The notes under the pieces: model-generated
Told to the model about the DNA's origin: nothing
The model's input: the letters and a program-made list of their open reading frames with translations, nothing else
The model's database searches: none
Program-made: the position numbers and the translations under genes
Source of the DNA: the human T2T-CHM13v2.0 reference genome, Homo sapiens
Reading direction: 5' to 3' (one strand)
DNA: 64,000 nucleotides
Assembly (NCBI RefSeq): GCF_009914755.1
Contig: NC_060926.1
Shown here: positions 28,006 to 46,866 of the stretch, piece by piece
Numbering within the stretch: the first letter of the stretch is position 1
Layout: every line of letters begins with the position of its first letter

Positions 28006-29314
28006 ATCATTTCTCTTTCTTTTCTGGAAATGTGAAAGCTTTCTAGAAAATAGATAAAAACAGCAACATAGAACCCAAACCAACAATTTTACTAGGTTTA
28101 AACTTAATGATTCCTTTATATTTCCAGCTCTTCAGTGGGACAGAATGAATTGTCAACCTCTTAGATATACTTGAGTTTAGTTAAACAACCCCTAAATATC
28201 TTCCCAGACCAGGCTTTAAAAATCTGATTTTCTGTTTTCTTTCTTCATAAGGCTTACTTTTTTCCTCTGAAGAATGTGGCCTTGTTTTAGAATTTCCCCT
28301 CTTTATAGTCATGCTAAAGCACCACTCTTGAGAAGATACATATGTTCCATTAAACACTTGAAAAGCATCCTTTTAATGTGTTCCCAATGCTAGAACTTAA
28401 TGCTGCTATCTATAAAGTCTAAATTTTTGATGTTGAAAATGTACCTTTGAATATCAGTGATTTAAATATTAAAAAGCCACAGATAAAATCTTTAAAGGAG
28501 AAAAATGCAACTACCCATTTTGATGCTTTGGGATTTCCAAAGAGGCACAAAGAGTATGTATGATCTAGGAAAATCACTTCACTTCTCTGAGATCATATAA
28601 ATGGAAGAGAGATTAAAGAATTTCCAAATGTAATTCCTTAGGACCCTGGTGACTGATGAGATGTGTCAGGAGTCTCCTTGTAGATGGGGTGTTCTACTTC
28701 TGTCTCTTTCAAATCTTGAGCTCCTCTGATAACTACCAACAGCTGGATGATCCCTTTCACTTCTGTTATGAGTCTTACCCCATAATTTCAAGCATACTCT
28801 GTGCCCCTCAAGGCCATTGATTGATACACAGTATTTCAATACCCAGTGTTGAAAAAGGGAAAGAGAAGAAAATAGTGGAGTGGAAGAAGCCACAAGGAAG
28901 AGAGGGAGAAAGACCAAGGAAGATTGAGAAAAGGAAGAACCAAGTTGGCCAGCCTAGTAAAGTGAGGGATGACTCTTTAGATAGACCCCACAGGGAGCTT
29001 CAGTTTAAAGGCTTACCCAAAGTCAGGGCTTTCTCCCTCCAGAGAGCTGGAACTTTAGAGAAGAACCTGTCCCTGGCAGAACAGCTGCTGTAGTTCCAGT
29101 TCATAGGAGTTTGCAGGGCATGATGAGCATGTCTGTATTGTAATGGGAAAGGACTTCAGACTCTTGGTCTGCCAGCTAATTGCATGACTTCAGGCAAGTC
29201 ATGTAACTCTGATTCCTTATCTGAAAACTGAGGGAGGAGGACTGGATGATCTCTTGAGGTCTTTTCCTGCTTGAAAATGACATGATTCTTATGAATGCTT
29301 GTGTATCTAACCAG

Positions 29315-31395
<2,081 letters not shown>

Positions 31396-32174
31396 CCCAC
31401 ATGCCAGCAATAGCCGCTCACATCCCTCCCACGTAGAAAAGATGCAGCCACCGATGTGACTCTAAATACTGTTATAAGACCTCAGAAAGATTTCAGATGG
31501 TACCTCATGAACACTTTCAGACAGAAGTAGGCCTTTCAAGGATCTTAAAACACCACTTGTGTCTTTGGCCCTCAGGTCTTCCAGATTTCGAGAAACCATA
31601 CTAAAGGGGCTGTACCCGAGAAACCTCATCAGCGCTGGCACCTGATTTGATGGCAAAATCTTGGACTTTGAACTGATGCAGTAATAGGATAAGACTCTGT
31701 AGACCTTCAGGAAAGGGAGAGTACATTTTCTATGTGGGAGGGATGTGAGCTGCTATTGAGACTGAATTTAGTATCAGAATGTGCCCCCAATTCAGCCATT
31801 GCACTGAGGACCTTCAGAATGCTTTGCTAACTAGAAAGACTGATTTGAGCCCTCCATACTTCCTCTAAAGTGTGCTGGAAAACTGACAGTTCCTCTTTGT
31901 CCAGCCATATTTCATCATAAGTAGAAACAAATTGACACTTTAAATTGTCTGCCAGGAAATATCCTTGGCCAAACCCACTGGTTCATTAGGTATATTTTCT
32001 ATTTTCAGTGTTACTGTAGGTGGCAATGTTGCTAAACCTTTTGCTACATTTAACGAGGTCACTTTTCTTCCACCCTCCAGTCATAACTTCCTCCCCATCT
32101 TTCCAGCCTTCACTGATAGTCTTCTCAAGGTCAGTCCAGCTTTCACCAACAAACTTCTCAAGGCCATTTAAGCC

Positions 32175-32720
32175 TGAAAGACTGAATATACATACAGACA
32201 ATGGCCAGAAAATATGAAAAAATAGAACTCTGACCCACAATCTGCAGCAACCAACCTAGAAAACCAGCCCATGATTTAGAGAAACCAGCCAAAGAAGCAA
32301 GCCTACTAGAAATCAGTCTGCTATCTCTAGCAACAATCCAGGAAACCAAACAATAGCCTCTGTAACAACTGGCCCCAAATGACCAAGACTTGATTAATAA
32401 CTGACAGCTTCCCTAATTTTTTTTATTTTTGTCCCCACTTCCAACTTACAGCCAACCAGGGAAAGCCAAATGTGCAGTCTAACCAGTCAAAGAGGATGCC
32501 CCACTTCTAGTTAGCCTAACTAAAGCTTCCCAATGCCAGCAGCCTCCAATAGGGCATACCCAAAGCCTTCCCTTTTTTCCACTAAAAGCTTTCCCACTCC
32601 CGCCTGCTTTTGAGTGTCTTCCCAAATGCAAGTAATGGCAGCTGGCTCCCTTGCTACAGCAAGCTCTAAATAAATAGCCTTTGGTTATTCTCATTTGGTT
32701 GATCTTCCTTTATTTCCACA
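32175..32720 (+). mobile_element. ERV-class solo LTR (MER77-like; subfamily uncertain)
   Basis: TG...CA termini, internal AATAAA ~32668, flanks AGCC/AGCT. Confidence 0.6.
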
Positions 32721-32813
32721 AGCTTCTTTCTGCTGACTAGTCAAAAGCTGATTGCTTTCGCTTATGTTTTGGGTTTTTGTTATGGGAGAATCCCACTTCC
32801 AGGTACCAAATTC

Positions 32814-33714
<901 letters not shown>

Positions 33715-33802
33715 CCAGGCCACCCTCTTCCTGAAATCCATCTATTCATTTATTCATACATTACTTATATTTACCCTGCTTTCTTTCAAAAATAATTTCA
33801 GA

Positions 33803-34135
33803 GCTGAGTACAGTGATGCAAATGTGTAGTCCCAGCTATGCAGGAGGCTGAGGCAGGAGGATTGCTTGAGCCCAGGAGTTTGAGACCAGCCTGGGCAATA
33901 TAGTGTAGAGATGGGATCTTGCCACGTTGACCAGGCTGGTCTGGAACTCCTGGGCTACAAAAATTTTTCAAGAAATTAGTTGTGCATGGTGATATGTGCC
34001 TGTAGTTCTAGCTACTTAGGAGGCTGAGGCAGAAGGATCATTGGAGCCCAGGAATTGGAGGTTACAGTGAGCTATGATTGAGCCACTGCACTCCAGCCTG
34101 GGTGACAGACTGAAAGACCCTGTCTCTAAAAAAAA
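33803..34135 (+). mobile_element. AluJ-like element with an internal ~52-bp antisense Alu insert
   Basis: Alu arms on +; 33904-33956 is antisense Alu sequence. Confidence 0.85.
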
Positions 34136-35154
34136 GAAGAGGAATTTGAGGAAACTTCATTGTAGTTAAAAGACGTATTGGTGGGCATGGAAGCAAAACA
34201 AAGGAAGTTGGTTGCTCTCAGGTGATAATTTCATACAGGTATTCACTTATTCAATCCGTAGGTATTTTTTAAGCATTAACAATAGGCTCACGCTGTGGTC
34301 AGCACAGATGTGAGGGGAGCAAAATTAATACAAATCCTGTTCTCATGAAGCTTAAGTCCAGTTGGCAAGGCAAACACTGTAAAATAATCACACAAATATG
34401 TAACTATGAGTGCTGCGTAGCTCACAAATGTTATGCAGTCATGGTCCAGGAATGTGCTGCATAGGAGCTTGGTCTAGTCCAAGCAGTTAGAGAAGACTTC
34501 CCTAAAACAAAGCAATATTTAAGCTAATAAATAACTCAACAATGAGTAAAAAGTAATTAAACTAGGGTGTTGCAAAGTATGTTACAGAAACTAGTGGTAC
34601 ACAGATATATTATTGTCATTATTCTGTATTTTATGGTTTTGCATTATTTGTGGCCAGGGAAATTGGCTTTCCATTTACGTTGGCATATAAAATTTCCTTA
34701 TAAAATAAATGTATTTAAGTTTTAAAAGCTGTCAATGTAAAAAAGATCATAAAAAAAATAATAGAGTACGCATTACACAGAAAGGGCAAACATGAAGGTG
34801 TTAGGTGTAAACCTGAAGCTTGGTAAATACTGGACTAGGCGTGTTGGAGGATGGGTTGAGGAGAGGAGTCATGGGCATAAAGGGAGCTCCTGGTGCAAAA
34901 GCCTGAAGTGGAAGAAAGACTCAGGGGTCCAACAAGCAGAAAAGGAGCCAATATGGTTTGAGCAGAAAGAAAGAGGAAGTCACTCACTGTGAGCCAGGAG
35001 AGGCCAGCAGGACCTTGATATTCAGGGACTTTAGTTCAGAACTGAAACCCCCTAAAATCAAAATGAGCAGCTGCACTTTTTTTCCCTTAAATATTGTACT
35101 TGTGGAAGCTTACTACAAAATCACTGATACTTCACTGAGTATTTCAATAGTGAT

Positions 35155-35454
35155 TTTTTTTTTTTTTTTGAGACACAGTCCTGCTCTGTTGCCCAGGTTG
35201 GAGTGCAATAGTGCAATCACAGCTCATTGCAATCTCGACCTCCTAAGCACAAGCGATCCTCCCACCTCAGCCTCCCAAGTAGCAGGGACTGCAGGCACCT
35301 GCCACAATGCCCAGCTAATTAAAAAAAAATTTTTGTAGAGATGGGATCTTGCCATGTTGACCAGGCCCATTCTGGAACTCCTGGGCTCAAGTGATCCACG
35401 CACCCTGGCCTCCCAAAGTGCTAGGATTACAGGCAAGAGCCACTGCACCCAGCC
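35155..35454 (-). mobile_element. Alu (AluJ-like)
   Basis: Alu consensus; TSD-like AATAGT(G/A)A(T/A)TTTT. Confidence 0.9.
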
Positions 35455-36849
35455 TGAATAGTAAATTTTTAATAGAACAAACTTAGGCTATATAAATAAC
35501 AACAATATTAACTTGCAGTGTCTAAGAGCTAATATTCCCACAGAAAAATAGTGTTGTTCAATCTGTTTCAATTATCCTAAAAGCAATGGGACACCATTGA
35601 AGAATTTGGGAAAGAGGAGTGATAAAACCTACTTTTTGAGTTTTTAAAAAGTGATTTCTATCAATGTATCCATGCATTTAAAAAATTGTGCAGGAATGCT
35701 AATAATAATAAGATGCAACATTCTGCTCTCCAACCTCTTTCCCACCTCCAGAGACAACCACCTTACCTTTTTTCTGTTTGTATTCTCCTGGTGGTTTCCT
35801 CCTTCTCTCCAGAAAAAAATATGCTTCTATCTCCCTTTCTTGCTTTTTCACATTTGGACACTGCAGTGCATACATCACAGGTGCTTGCTTAGATATCTTA
35901 GGCTCAGCTATCTCCCAGCCACTCAGCCTGCCCTGCCCAGGGCATCCCAGTGGTGACTGACTGAGTGTGAGCATGTGGTTCCACCGCAGGAGCCATCAGG
36001 CCACATGCCTAGATCTGGCTTCCCCAGTGGCTACCAAAGGGGCCAGGTGACACAACTCGGATGTGTGAGGGCGTTAACTGCCCGAGCCAGCAAATTTTGA
36101 CCAGCAGAAGAAAGAAGACAAAGTGAGCTTGCAGATGCATTTTCTCTCCCTCCTGCCTTTGAGCGACTGTCCTAGGCACAGTATTTCCATAAAGCCTGTC
36201 CAAAGAGGTCCTTTGTGACTGAGCAGCCAGCTACCTGCTGAGAAACCGGCTCTGTTTTTTCGTGGCTCTTCATGAAGCAATGGCCAGTGCAGTCATTCAT
36301 CACCTTGTACTTGCTGCCTTTCCTTCCCTGCCTCTCTTCCTTTTCCCCTGGCTCTCGCAGAGCTGGGTCTGTACCTCCCGACAAAAGCGTAAGCACTTAA
36401 GCTTTGCCTCGGGCTCTGTGTTCTAGGGAAATCAGACAAAAGCAGACATTGCCAATATTATTGATGAACTCAAAGTTATGATTCATATCATCACTTCCAT
36501 CTCTCTCCCATGTTAATTCATTGTTTCTAGTTCTATCAGTTATGCTTACAACCATAAGTTACAACTTTCAATTTTGTGCTTATAAGTTTACTTCATTTTC
36601 CAACCATCAGAGCCAGTCTCTTGTTTCTGATACTTTGCAAGATGAAGACATTGGTGTCCTTTCCCTTCTTTTCACCTCTCCTTCCCTGATCACCTCCAAA
36701 CCTCTGTCATCATACTGTACCATCCTTAAGGTTGAAAGCATTTACATACTGTTCTGTAATCATAATTATCTTCTGTTATTTTCCTAAGTGCTGATTCTAA
36801 ATTTGAAAATCAATATGCAGTGTCAATCACTATGATGACTATCCATTGA

Positions 36850-38114
<1,265 letters not shown>

Positions 38115-38644
38115 TTGTTGCTGTTTTAATTGTCTGTACTGCATAACCAATCACCCCAAAAACTTAGTTGCTCAAAACAGCAATTTACTGTCATCACTCA
38201 TGGTTTCTGTAGGTCAGGAATTTGGATAGGATTCATCTGAGCAGTTCTTGCTCGAGGTCTCTCACTGAAACTGCCCCAGTTTTAGCTCTGAAAGCCCTGT
38301 GTCCTGGCAAATCCCTCCCAAGGATATGAAACGTTCTGGTTGTCAGTAACGGGGGCAGAAGTTGGAGAGAAAATACAAAACCTATACAGTGGCCCTGAAA
38401 ACTAGAGACTGAAAGCCATGCTATTTATAGTGTTAAATGGATACAGCATAGACTCTCTGCCTTTGGGAGTCACTATCACTGATTTTTCCTGACCACTGAG
38501 GTTGGCAACAGTAGTTTGTGGTTAACATAATGGATCACCCATTGTGGCATCACTTCAAGTAACAGGAATTAAGTATACAACTTGAGTTGCAATTGTGGGT
38601 ATTAATAGTCTGTTTGACCTAACCTATAGATTAACCGTTGTGCT

Positions 38645-38925
38645 TTTTTTTTTTTTTTGAGACAGGATCTTGCTCTGTCACTCAGATTGGAGGGCATTGG
38701 CACAATCATGGCTCACTGCAGCCTTAACTTCCCAGGCTCAAGCGATCCTCCCACCTTAGCCTCCTGAGTAGCTGGGACCACAGGCACGTGCCACCACACC
38801 CAGCTAATTTTTTATTTTTTGCAGAGACAGGGTCTCCCTGTGTTGCCCAGGCTGATCTCAAACTCCTGGGCTCAAGTGATCCTCCTACCTGGGATTACAG
38901 GCGTGAGCCATTGCGCCCCACCCAA
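38645..38925 (-). mobile_element. Alu (AluJ-like)
   Basis: Alu consensus. Confidence 0.9.
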
Positions 38926-38939
38926 TGTCTGAAGATTAC

Positions 38940-39345
38940 TGTGACCACTCTGGAGAACTAGGATAAGCCCCACCCAAAGTTCAGTTCAGATGTTAAGACT
39001 CATAATGCCAAGTACACCTCAAGAGATAACGGAAAGGTTGATTACTTACATACTTGAAGTCTCTGGGGAAAGCAGAGCAGGCCTCTCTGTAAATCCAGAA
39101 TGGCTTGAGAGAGCAGGGAACAGAGACTGGCTCTGAGTTTTATTGCAGTTAGGGGGTGGGGGGCGGGGTGAGGGCTCCCCCGTTGGGAGGAGCTTATGTA
39201 GTTTGAGTCTCTCCACAGCACAGAGAGAACACCCAGCCTTTCTTATCAGCTTGCCCAGGTGTGGGGCAGACAGAGAGACAGAGAGGTGGGGCTCAATGCT
39301 GTTGCTAGTCAAACGCCAAAGAGTGGAACCAGACTCCTTATTCCA
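38940..39345 (-). mobile_element. ERV-class LTR (subfamily uncertain)
   Basis: Minus-strand AATAAA (TTTATT ~39139) and LTR-like CTTATCAGCTTGCCCAG/AGTCAAAC..CAGACTC text. Confidence 0.55.
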
Positions 39346-39898
39346 GAGAGAGTGCTAGTTTAATTTTTAACATTGTGAATATTGTGGCAATATTTTCTAA
39401 AAGTTCAGATCGTGAAAAATAGAACAACTGCAATATCACCAGCATGACCCAGATCTCGCTGAAAAGGAACGCTAAATGACTGTGTTCTTTTAAGGACAGA
39501 AGGAAGGACACATACGACTTGATTAGGGAGGTAAGTCGCCAAAATGGCGCACATTGCACAATATGCAGAAAACAGCTTTGGCCTGGGCGTTGCGGAAAAG
39601 GTGATTGCGAAAACACATGTGGACGCTGGATTTCACAATTCTGGGATTAGACAAGGAAGAATTTCTAAATCAGAAGAGGTTTTTTTTTTTGGTCTCCCAA
39701 AGACACCTAAGTTCAGTTAAGAACAGTGACCACTGAATTGGTATGGGCATACCACATGAACAAACACACAGTATTTTATCATTCTCTTGATGGCACTATG
39801 GAAGTGAGTGAAGTTACATTTCCTGATTCGCAAGCTGAAGCTATAATGTCCTGTGGGCAAACAAAAGGGGGAAATTTGAGAACTGACATGTTGGCCCC

Positions 39899-40378
39899 TG
39901 TAATAGGTTGCTAGGGCTGCCATAACCAAGTACCACAAAACAGGTGGCTTGACACAACAAATTTATCCTCTCATAGTTCTGGAGAAGGAAACTCTGCAAT
40001 CAAGGCGTCAGCAGGACTGTGCTCCCTCCGAGGTTCTAGGGATGAACCTATTGCATGCCTCCATCCTAGCTTCAGGTAATCCTGGCAGTCCTTGGCATGC
40101 CTTCACCTGAAGCTACAGTATTCCAATTTCTCCTTCCAGCCTCACCTGGAATCACACGTCTTCCGTGTGTGTGTCTATCTGTCTGTCTGTCTGTCTGTCT
40201 GAATTTCCCTCTTAAGGACAGCAGTTATATTGGATTTATGGCCCACCCTAATCCAGTATGACTTCATCTTAACTTGATTACATCTACAAAGACCCTTATT
40301 TCCAAATAAGGTCACATTCACAGGTTGCAGGTGGACATGAATTTTAATGTTGGGGGTGACATTGTTCAACACAGTACA
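39899..40378 (-). mobile_element. MLT1B/C-like MaLR LTR
   Basis: GCTAGGGCTGCCATAACCAAGTACCACAAA...CCAAATAAGGTCACATTCACAGGT. Confidence 0.8.
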
Positions 40379-40803
40379 GCCCTTTGGAACTCATCTCATC
40401 AGGCTGTACCTATGATCATGCCTCCTATAACATATTAAGAAATGAGTCGAATTATAGCAACAACAAAATGTTTTCCTGCTCTTAGTTACTTTAATTTGAA
40501 AAATTGAGTTTCAAACAATTGCCTTATTTCTATGAAGATTTTAGTGAAACTACAGAAAGCAGAAAACAAAAAATTGTTGATACTTTGTTCAAAAAAAACA
40601 CTAGACTTTCCTCATCTATCTGCATATTCAGCAGAAAGTGCTGCTGGGAAAATCCTGGGAAATTCCATTCTGTTTATAAACTTCTATAATACGGACTTGA
40701 TAATAGCAGAGCTGCAAGTCAAAATGAATTTACATTTGACTGTATTCAGTTTTACCACTGCATAAAAGGAAGGAAGGATGTTGTAAAAGCTGCAGGCAGT
40801 TCA

Positions 40804-41105
<302 letters not shown>

Positions 41106-41628
41106 CAAGAAAAAGGCAACAGAAGATTAAAAAAAAAAACCTACCATATCACAGGACAGAAGGAAACATGTTATTGCAATTTTTTATTAAATATAGGTAA
41201 TATCTGGTTAATAATACTATTTATGTTCTTTTAAAATATGTATTTTTCTTAAGAATATATAATAATAGAACCTGCAAAATTTAAATACCTAATATAGAGT
41301 TAAAAAAAGATAAAACAAATTGCTGTATCAAAGGACAAGAAGAAAGTTATTAAAATATTGTCATATTTTGCTCACACATGTTTAGTTAGTCCTATTGTTA
41401 ATTACTTCTAATTGCATTATTTATTAGTCCCATTGTTTATTTACAAATTTTTAAGTAATTTAAATAGTTAATTTAAATTTATGTTTGTGTGCATATAAGA
41501 TCTCTGATAGTCTACTTTTGAGAATAATTTAGTAAAGCTTTTAAATAAAAATCAGAAGTAACTCCATTAATTGCATTATATATCATAATTACATTTTTCT
41601 GTTTATTTAATGAAATAAAACTTCATAG

Positions 41629-41954
<326 letters not shown>

Positions 41955-42285
41955 TAATAGGAGGTAGATAATATTTAACACTTTATGAAAGTTGACTGTA
42001 AGTGAAATATTTCATGATATAATTTTATAAAATAGGTACTAACTATATTATTTAATACAGTACACCCAATCTGAAAGAAATCACATAAAAGTTTTATCTA
42101 TAGCTTTTATTTAATATATCTTTTTAAAACTGGTAATCTCAGAAATCATTCCAGTTACAGTGGAAGAATTGTTGTTATTAACTTACACTGATTTGCTATT
42201 CAAAAAGGTTTTTTCTTCCTAGCTAATAACATAGCCCTAAGGATGAGAATAGAGAAAAAGGTTCTCTAATGTTTAAATACATTTA

Positions 42286-42459
<174 letters not shown>

Positions 42460-43406
42460 TCATTAATAGTCAATAATTTACCAATCAATATCCTCACCAA
42501 TATTTCTCACTAATCATCTCTTTGTTCTCCTGGACTCTCCCCCAAGAGTGATGCATTCTTGACAAAAAAAAGTCTGGGTCTTTCAACGAAAATTGTCAGT
42601 GATCTACCACCCTACTCTACAATGTATAGGAACTGAAAACACTTCAATGTGGGTCAAATGCTGACTTCCCTTGAATGGAAATATACTCAGAACAGAGAAA
42701 TGTTAAATGTTTCTGTGTCTTGATCAGAGGTGACAGGGAACTGCCCTGTGGCTTAGCCCAGGAGGTATTGAGATCCTCAGGGCCACCCTGAGATTGGAGG
42801 GGGTGAGAGATTGCCTTTGTTTTGCACAGTGAGAGAAGAAACTTTGTGATGTGAATTTTAGGAAACCCCATGTAGATGTTGAGGATCTGGTAGCTAATTC
42901 CCTTCAACTCTTTTCTCCTTGGTAAGCCATCGCAGTTTGAAAACCACTGGTACAGGAGAGAAGGAGAGCAGACAGACTGAGCACATGTGGTATGAGGGAG
43001 GGCTGCACTGAGGGTCTCCTGAGATTAACCAGGAAGAATCTGAAGTGAAACTGGTCATATGTTTCCATCAGCCGCAGTCTGCTGTGCTGATACAGGCATG
43101 AAGGAGTCAGAGATCTGGATTTAACCAGGGTTGTAGATTTAACCAAGCAAGTAGTTTTGAGAATTTAAAGATGTGATACAGGCCAACAATGAACAATAGG
43201 GAAGAAAAAAAAAAAAGACCATATAAGAAAAGAAACGTCATCACAGTACACCACTAGATTGTGCAGCAACACGTTTGTATAAACTTCAGCTCCTGACTCA
43301 TCATGCTCTCTAAGATCAGCCAGTCATGTTCCTGATAAGTCCATTACCCATGCAGAAGCATAAGGGATTTAAAGGTATATGCCAGGGAGTGATTAAAATG
43401 ATTGTG

Positions 43407-43710
43407 GCCAGACGTGGTGGCTCACACCTGTAATCCCAGTACTTTGGGAGGCCAAAGCGGGCAGATTGCTTGAGCCCAAGAGTTTAAGACCAGCCAGGGC
43501 AACATAATGAGACCCCATCTCAAAAAAAAAAAAAAAAAGATAAAAAGAAAAAAAAGCCGGATGTGGTGGCATGCACCTGTAGTCCCCACTACTTAGGTGG
43601 CTGAGGTGGGAAGATCACCTGAGCCCTGGAGTTTGAGGCTGTATGAGCTGTGATGGCGCCACCGCACTTGAGCCTGGGTGACAGAGTGAGACCTTGTCTC
43701 AAAAAAAATG
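43407..43710 (+). mobile_element. Alu (AluJ-like)
   Basis: Alu consensus. Confidence 0.9.
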
Positions 43711-43944
43711 TTTTTTTAATGATTGAACATGGCATTTTAGCTAGGTAAGAAAGGCTGTGAGGACCCTAGGGGAGGGGAGAAGGTTCAGTGAAAAGGTAAT
43801 AGCATCAGTGAATTAAAAGTTTAGTGGGAAGGAAAAGTTATTAGAGGTGGAGTCCCATAGGAAGTGAGCTGAGAAAATAATGTTCAGCGAACAGGGTGAT
43901 TAAAATGGAAATTAAGGAGGATTTTCTGTGATTGATAATAAAAT

Positions 43945-44212
43945 CTAGGGACTGCTAATAGAAATATAAAGTGAGTAACATATGTAATTTAAAATATTCT
44001 ACCAGCCACATTTAAAAAAGTAAAATGAAACAGGTGAAATTTCTTTTGATAACATTTTACTTAACACATATATGCAAAGTACTATCATTATAATATGCAA
44101 TCAATATAAAAATTCATTAGATATTTCATATTCTTTACTTTCTGAAACCACATCTTCAAAATTCAGTGTATATTTTACACTTGGGTACATCTCATTTTGA
44201 CCTAGACACATT
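43945..44212. mobile_element. MER33-like hAT-Charlie DNA transposon
   Basis: AATAGAAATATAA...TAATTTAAAATATTCT...AGCCACATT...AAACAGGTGAAATT...CAGTGTATATTTTACACTT. Confidence 0.7.
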
Positions 44213-44803
44213 CAAGGCTGCAGTGAGCTATGATCACATTGCTGCACTGAAGTGTGGCCAACAGAGCAAGACCCTGTCTCTTATAAAAGAAACAAAAAAA
44301 CAGGGGGAGGGGTGTTTGTAAGATTAGTAATTTGAAACTAACCTAGATTTGATACAAATGATAGAATTCGTGGACAAGGGTATTAATGCAGCCATTATTA
44401 TAATTATCATCAAGAAGCTAGAGAAAAGGTTGAGCATGTAATTGAAGACATGGAAGTTATAAAAAAGATCCATATCAAACTTTTAGAGATGAAAACTAAA
44501 ATGTCTAATATGAAAAACACACAGGATGGGATTAATGTCAGATTGCACATTGCAGAAGAAATGATTAGTGAATTTGAAGACATTTTCATAGAAACTATCC
44601 AAAATGAAACACACAGAGAAAAAAATATTAAAAAAAGAAATGAACAGAATATCAGCAAGCTGTGGGACAAGGGGCCTAATACATGTGTAACTAAAGTTCC
44701 CACAGAAGAAAAATGAGGGAAGAGAGAATCGTATGTCAAGTAATAATGGATGAAATTTTCCAAATTTGATAAAATGATAAACCAACAAATTCACAATGCT
44801 CAC

Positions 44804-45173
44804 TGTATTAGTCCATTCTCAAGCTGCTATAAACTGCCCCAGACTGGGTAATTTAGAAGTAAAGAGGTTTAATTGACTCACAGTTTCACACTGCTGAGGA
44901 GGCCTCAGGAAACTTACGATCATGGTGGAAGGCAAAGGAGAAGCAGGCGCTTTCTTCACAGGGCAGCAGGATGGAGGGAGTACAAGCAGGGGAAATGCCA
45001 GATACTTATAAAACCATCAGATCTCATGAGACTCATTCCCTATCAGAACAGGATGGGGGAAACCACCCCATGATCCGATTATTCCACCTGGTCCCACCCT
45101 TGACACGTGAGGATTATGGGGATTACAATTCAGGATGAAATTTTGGGTGGGGACACAGAACCAAACCATATCA
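44804..45173 (-). mobile_element. THE1-family MaLR solo LTR
   Basis: TGTATTAGTCCATTCTC...CCAAACCATATCA, 370 bp, with perfect 5-bp TSD CTCAC (44799-44803, 45174-45178). Confidence 0.9.
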
Positions 45174-46866
45174 CTCACCAAACCTCAAGCATAAGAAACT
45201 TGGAAGAAACTACATCAAGGCTCAGAGTAATAAAATTGCTTAAAAATAGTAATAAAGAGAGAATCATAAAAGCAGATAGAGGCAAAACAACATCACATGC
45301 AGAAAAACAAAGAACAGTATGACAGATTTCGTTTTAGAAACAATGCAAGTGTAGCATGGCAAATGAAGGTGCAAGACAATGGAGCAACATTTTTTAATGT
45401 CCTGAAGGGAGGGAAGGAGAGGGAATCACTGGCAACACAAAATCCTTTACCCAGCCAAAATCTCTGTGAAAAAATGGAAGGCAAAACAGGGACCCTTTTT
45501 AGACATACAAAAGCCAAAGGAATTTATCATCACCAGACCAGCACTACAAGAAATGCTAACAGTAATCCTTCAAGCAGAAGGAAAATGCTACCAGATATAA
45601 ATCTGCAACTACATAAAGGAATGAAGTATAGTGGAGATGGTAACTATGTGGGTAAATATAAAGTTTTTTCTTATTATTTAAATCTCTTTAAAAGATAACC
45701 AACTCTTTAAAGCAAAAAATAAGACAATGTATTATCTATTTGGAAACTAAATGTAAATATAACACATATATATAACACATATAGAAATATAGGACAACAA
45801 AAGCACAAAGGACAAGAGGGGAGAAAAGGAAGCATGTTTTACATTTCTTATATTCTACGTGTAGTGGTATATTACTCAAAGATAGATTGTCATAAGTTAA
45901 AGATGTCTACTCTATGCCTTAGCAATCACTGAAATAATACAGCAAAGAGTTATACTAATAAACCAACAAAGGAGATATAATTTAATCATAAAAATAATTT
46001 AATCCAAGACAATGAAGAAAAATAGGAAAAAGGGAATAAAGAACAGGTAGGATGAATAGAAAACAAATAATATATAATCCCAACCATATCAACATAATAT
46101 TAAATTAAAGTGGTCTAAACAATTAAAAGGCGAAGATATAAGACTGGTTAAAAAGGCAAGATGCAAATCTATTCTAACTACTAGGGACCAGCTTTATATA
46201 TAAGGACACAAATAGATAAAAAGTAATAGGATAAAAGATAGATCTATCATGGTAACACAAATCAAAAAAAGTCTGGGGGCTATATTAGTATCAGACAAAG
46301 TAGATTACAGAGCAAAGAATATTACTAGGGATAAAAAGGGTCATTTAATTTTGACAAAATGATCAGTTTATCAAGAGGCTATAACAATCCTAAATGTTTA
46401 TGTCCCTACTAACAGAACTTGCAAACACATGTAGAGAAGCTGATAAAATTGCAAAGAGAAATAAACAAGTATACAATTATAGTTGGAGATTTTGACACCC
46501 TTCTTTCAATAATTGGTAGGATTAAGTGGACCTAAAATCAGTAAGATATAGAAGATTTGAACAAAACTATCAACCAACTTGACCTAATTGACATTTATAG
46601 AACTCCCCATGTAACAACAACTGAATACATATTCTTTACATGTGCATCTAAAACATTTACCAGGATAGACCATAGTCTGGGCACTAAAAAGTACAAATAT
46701 GTTTAATAGAATTCAAGTCATACAAAGTATATTCTCTGATCACAATGGAATTGAATTAGAAAGCAACAACAGAAAGATCTCTGCAAAATCCCCAATTATT
46801 TGAAAACTAAGCCATACACCTCTAAATACCTCATGTGTCAAAGAATAAATGAAAAGGGAGCTTAGG

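Noticed and set aside
44804-45173. THE1 LTR as a promoter for the EIF2S2 retrocopy
   Set aside because: The LTR is on the minus strand and points away from the retrocopy
44450-45698. ORFs resembling L1 ORF1p
   Set aside because: Fragmented remnants split by a THE1 LTR and stop codons; not an active or domesticated element as far as can be seen
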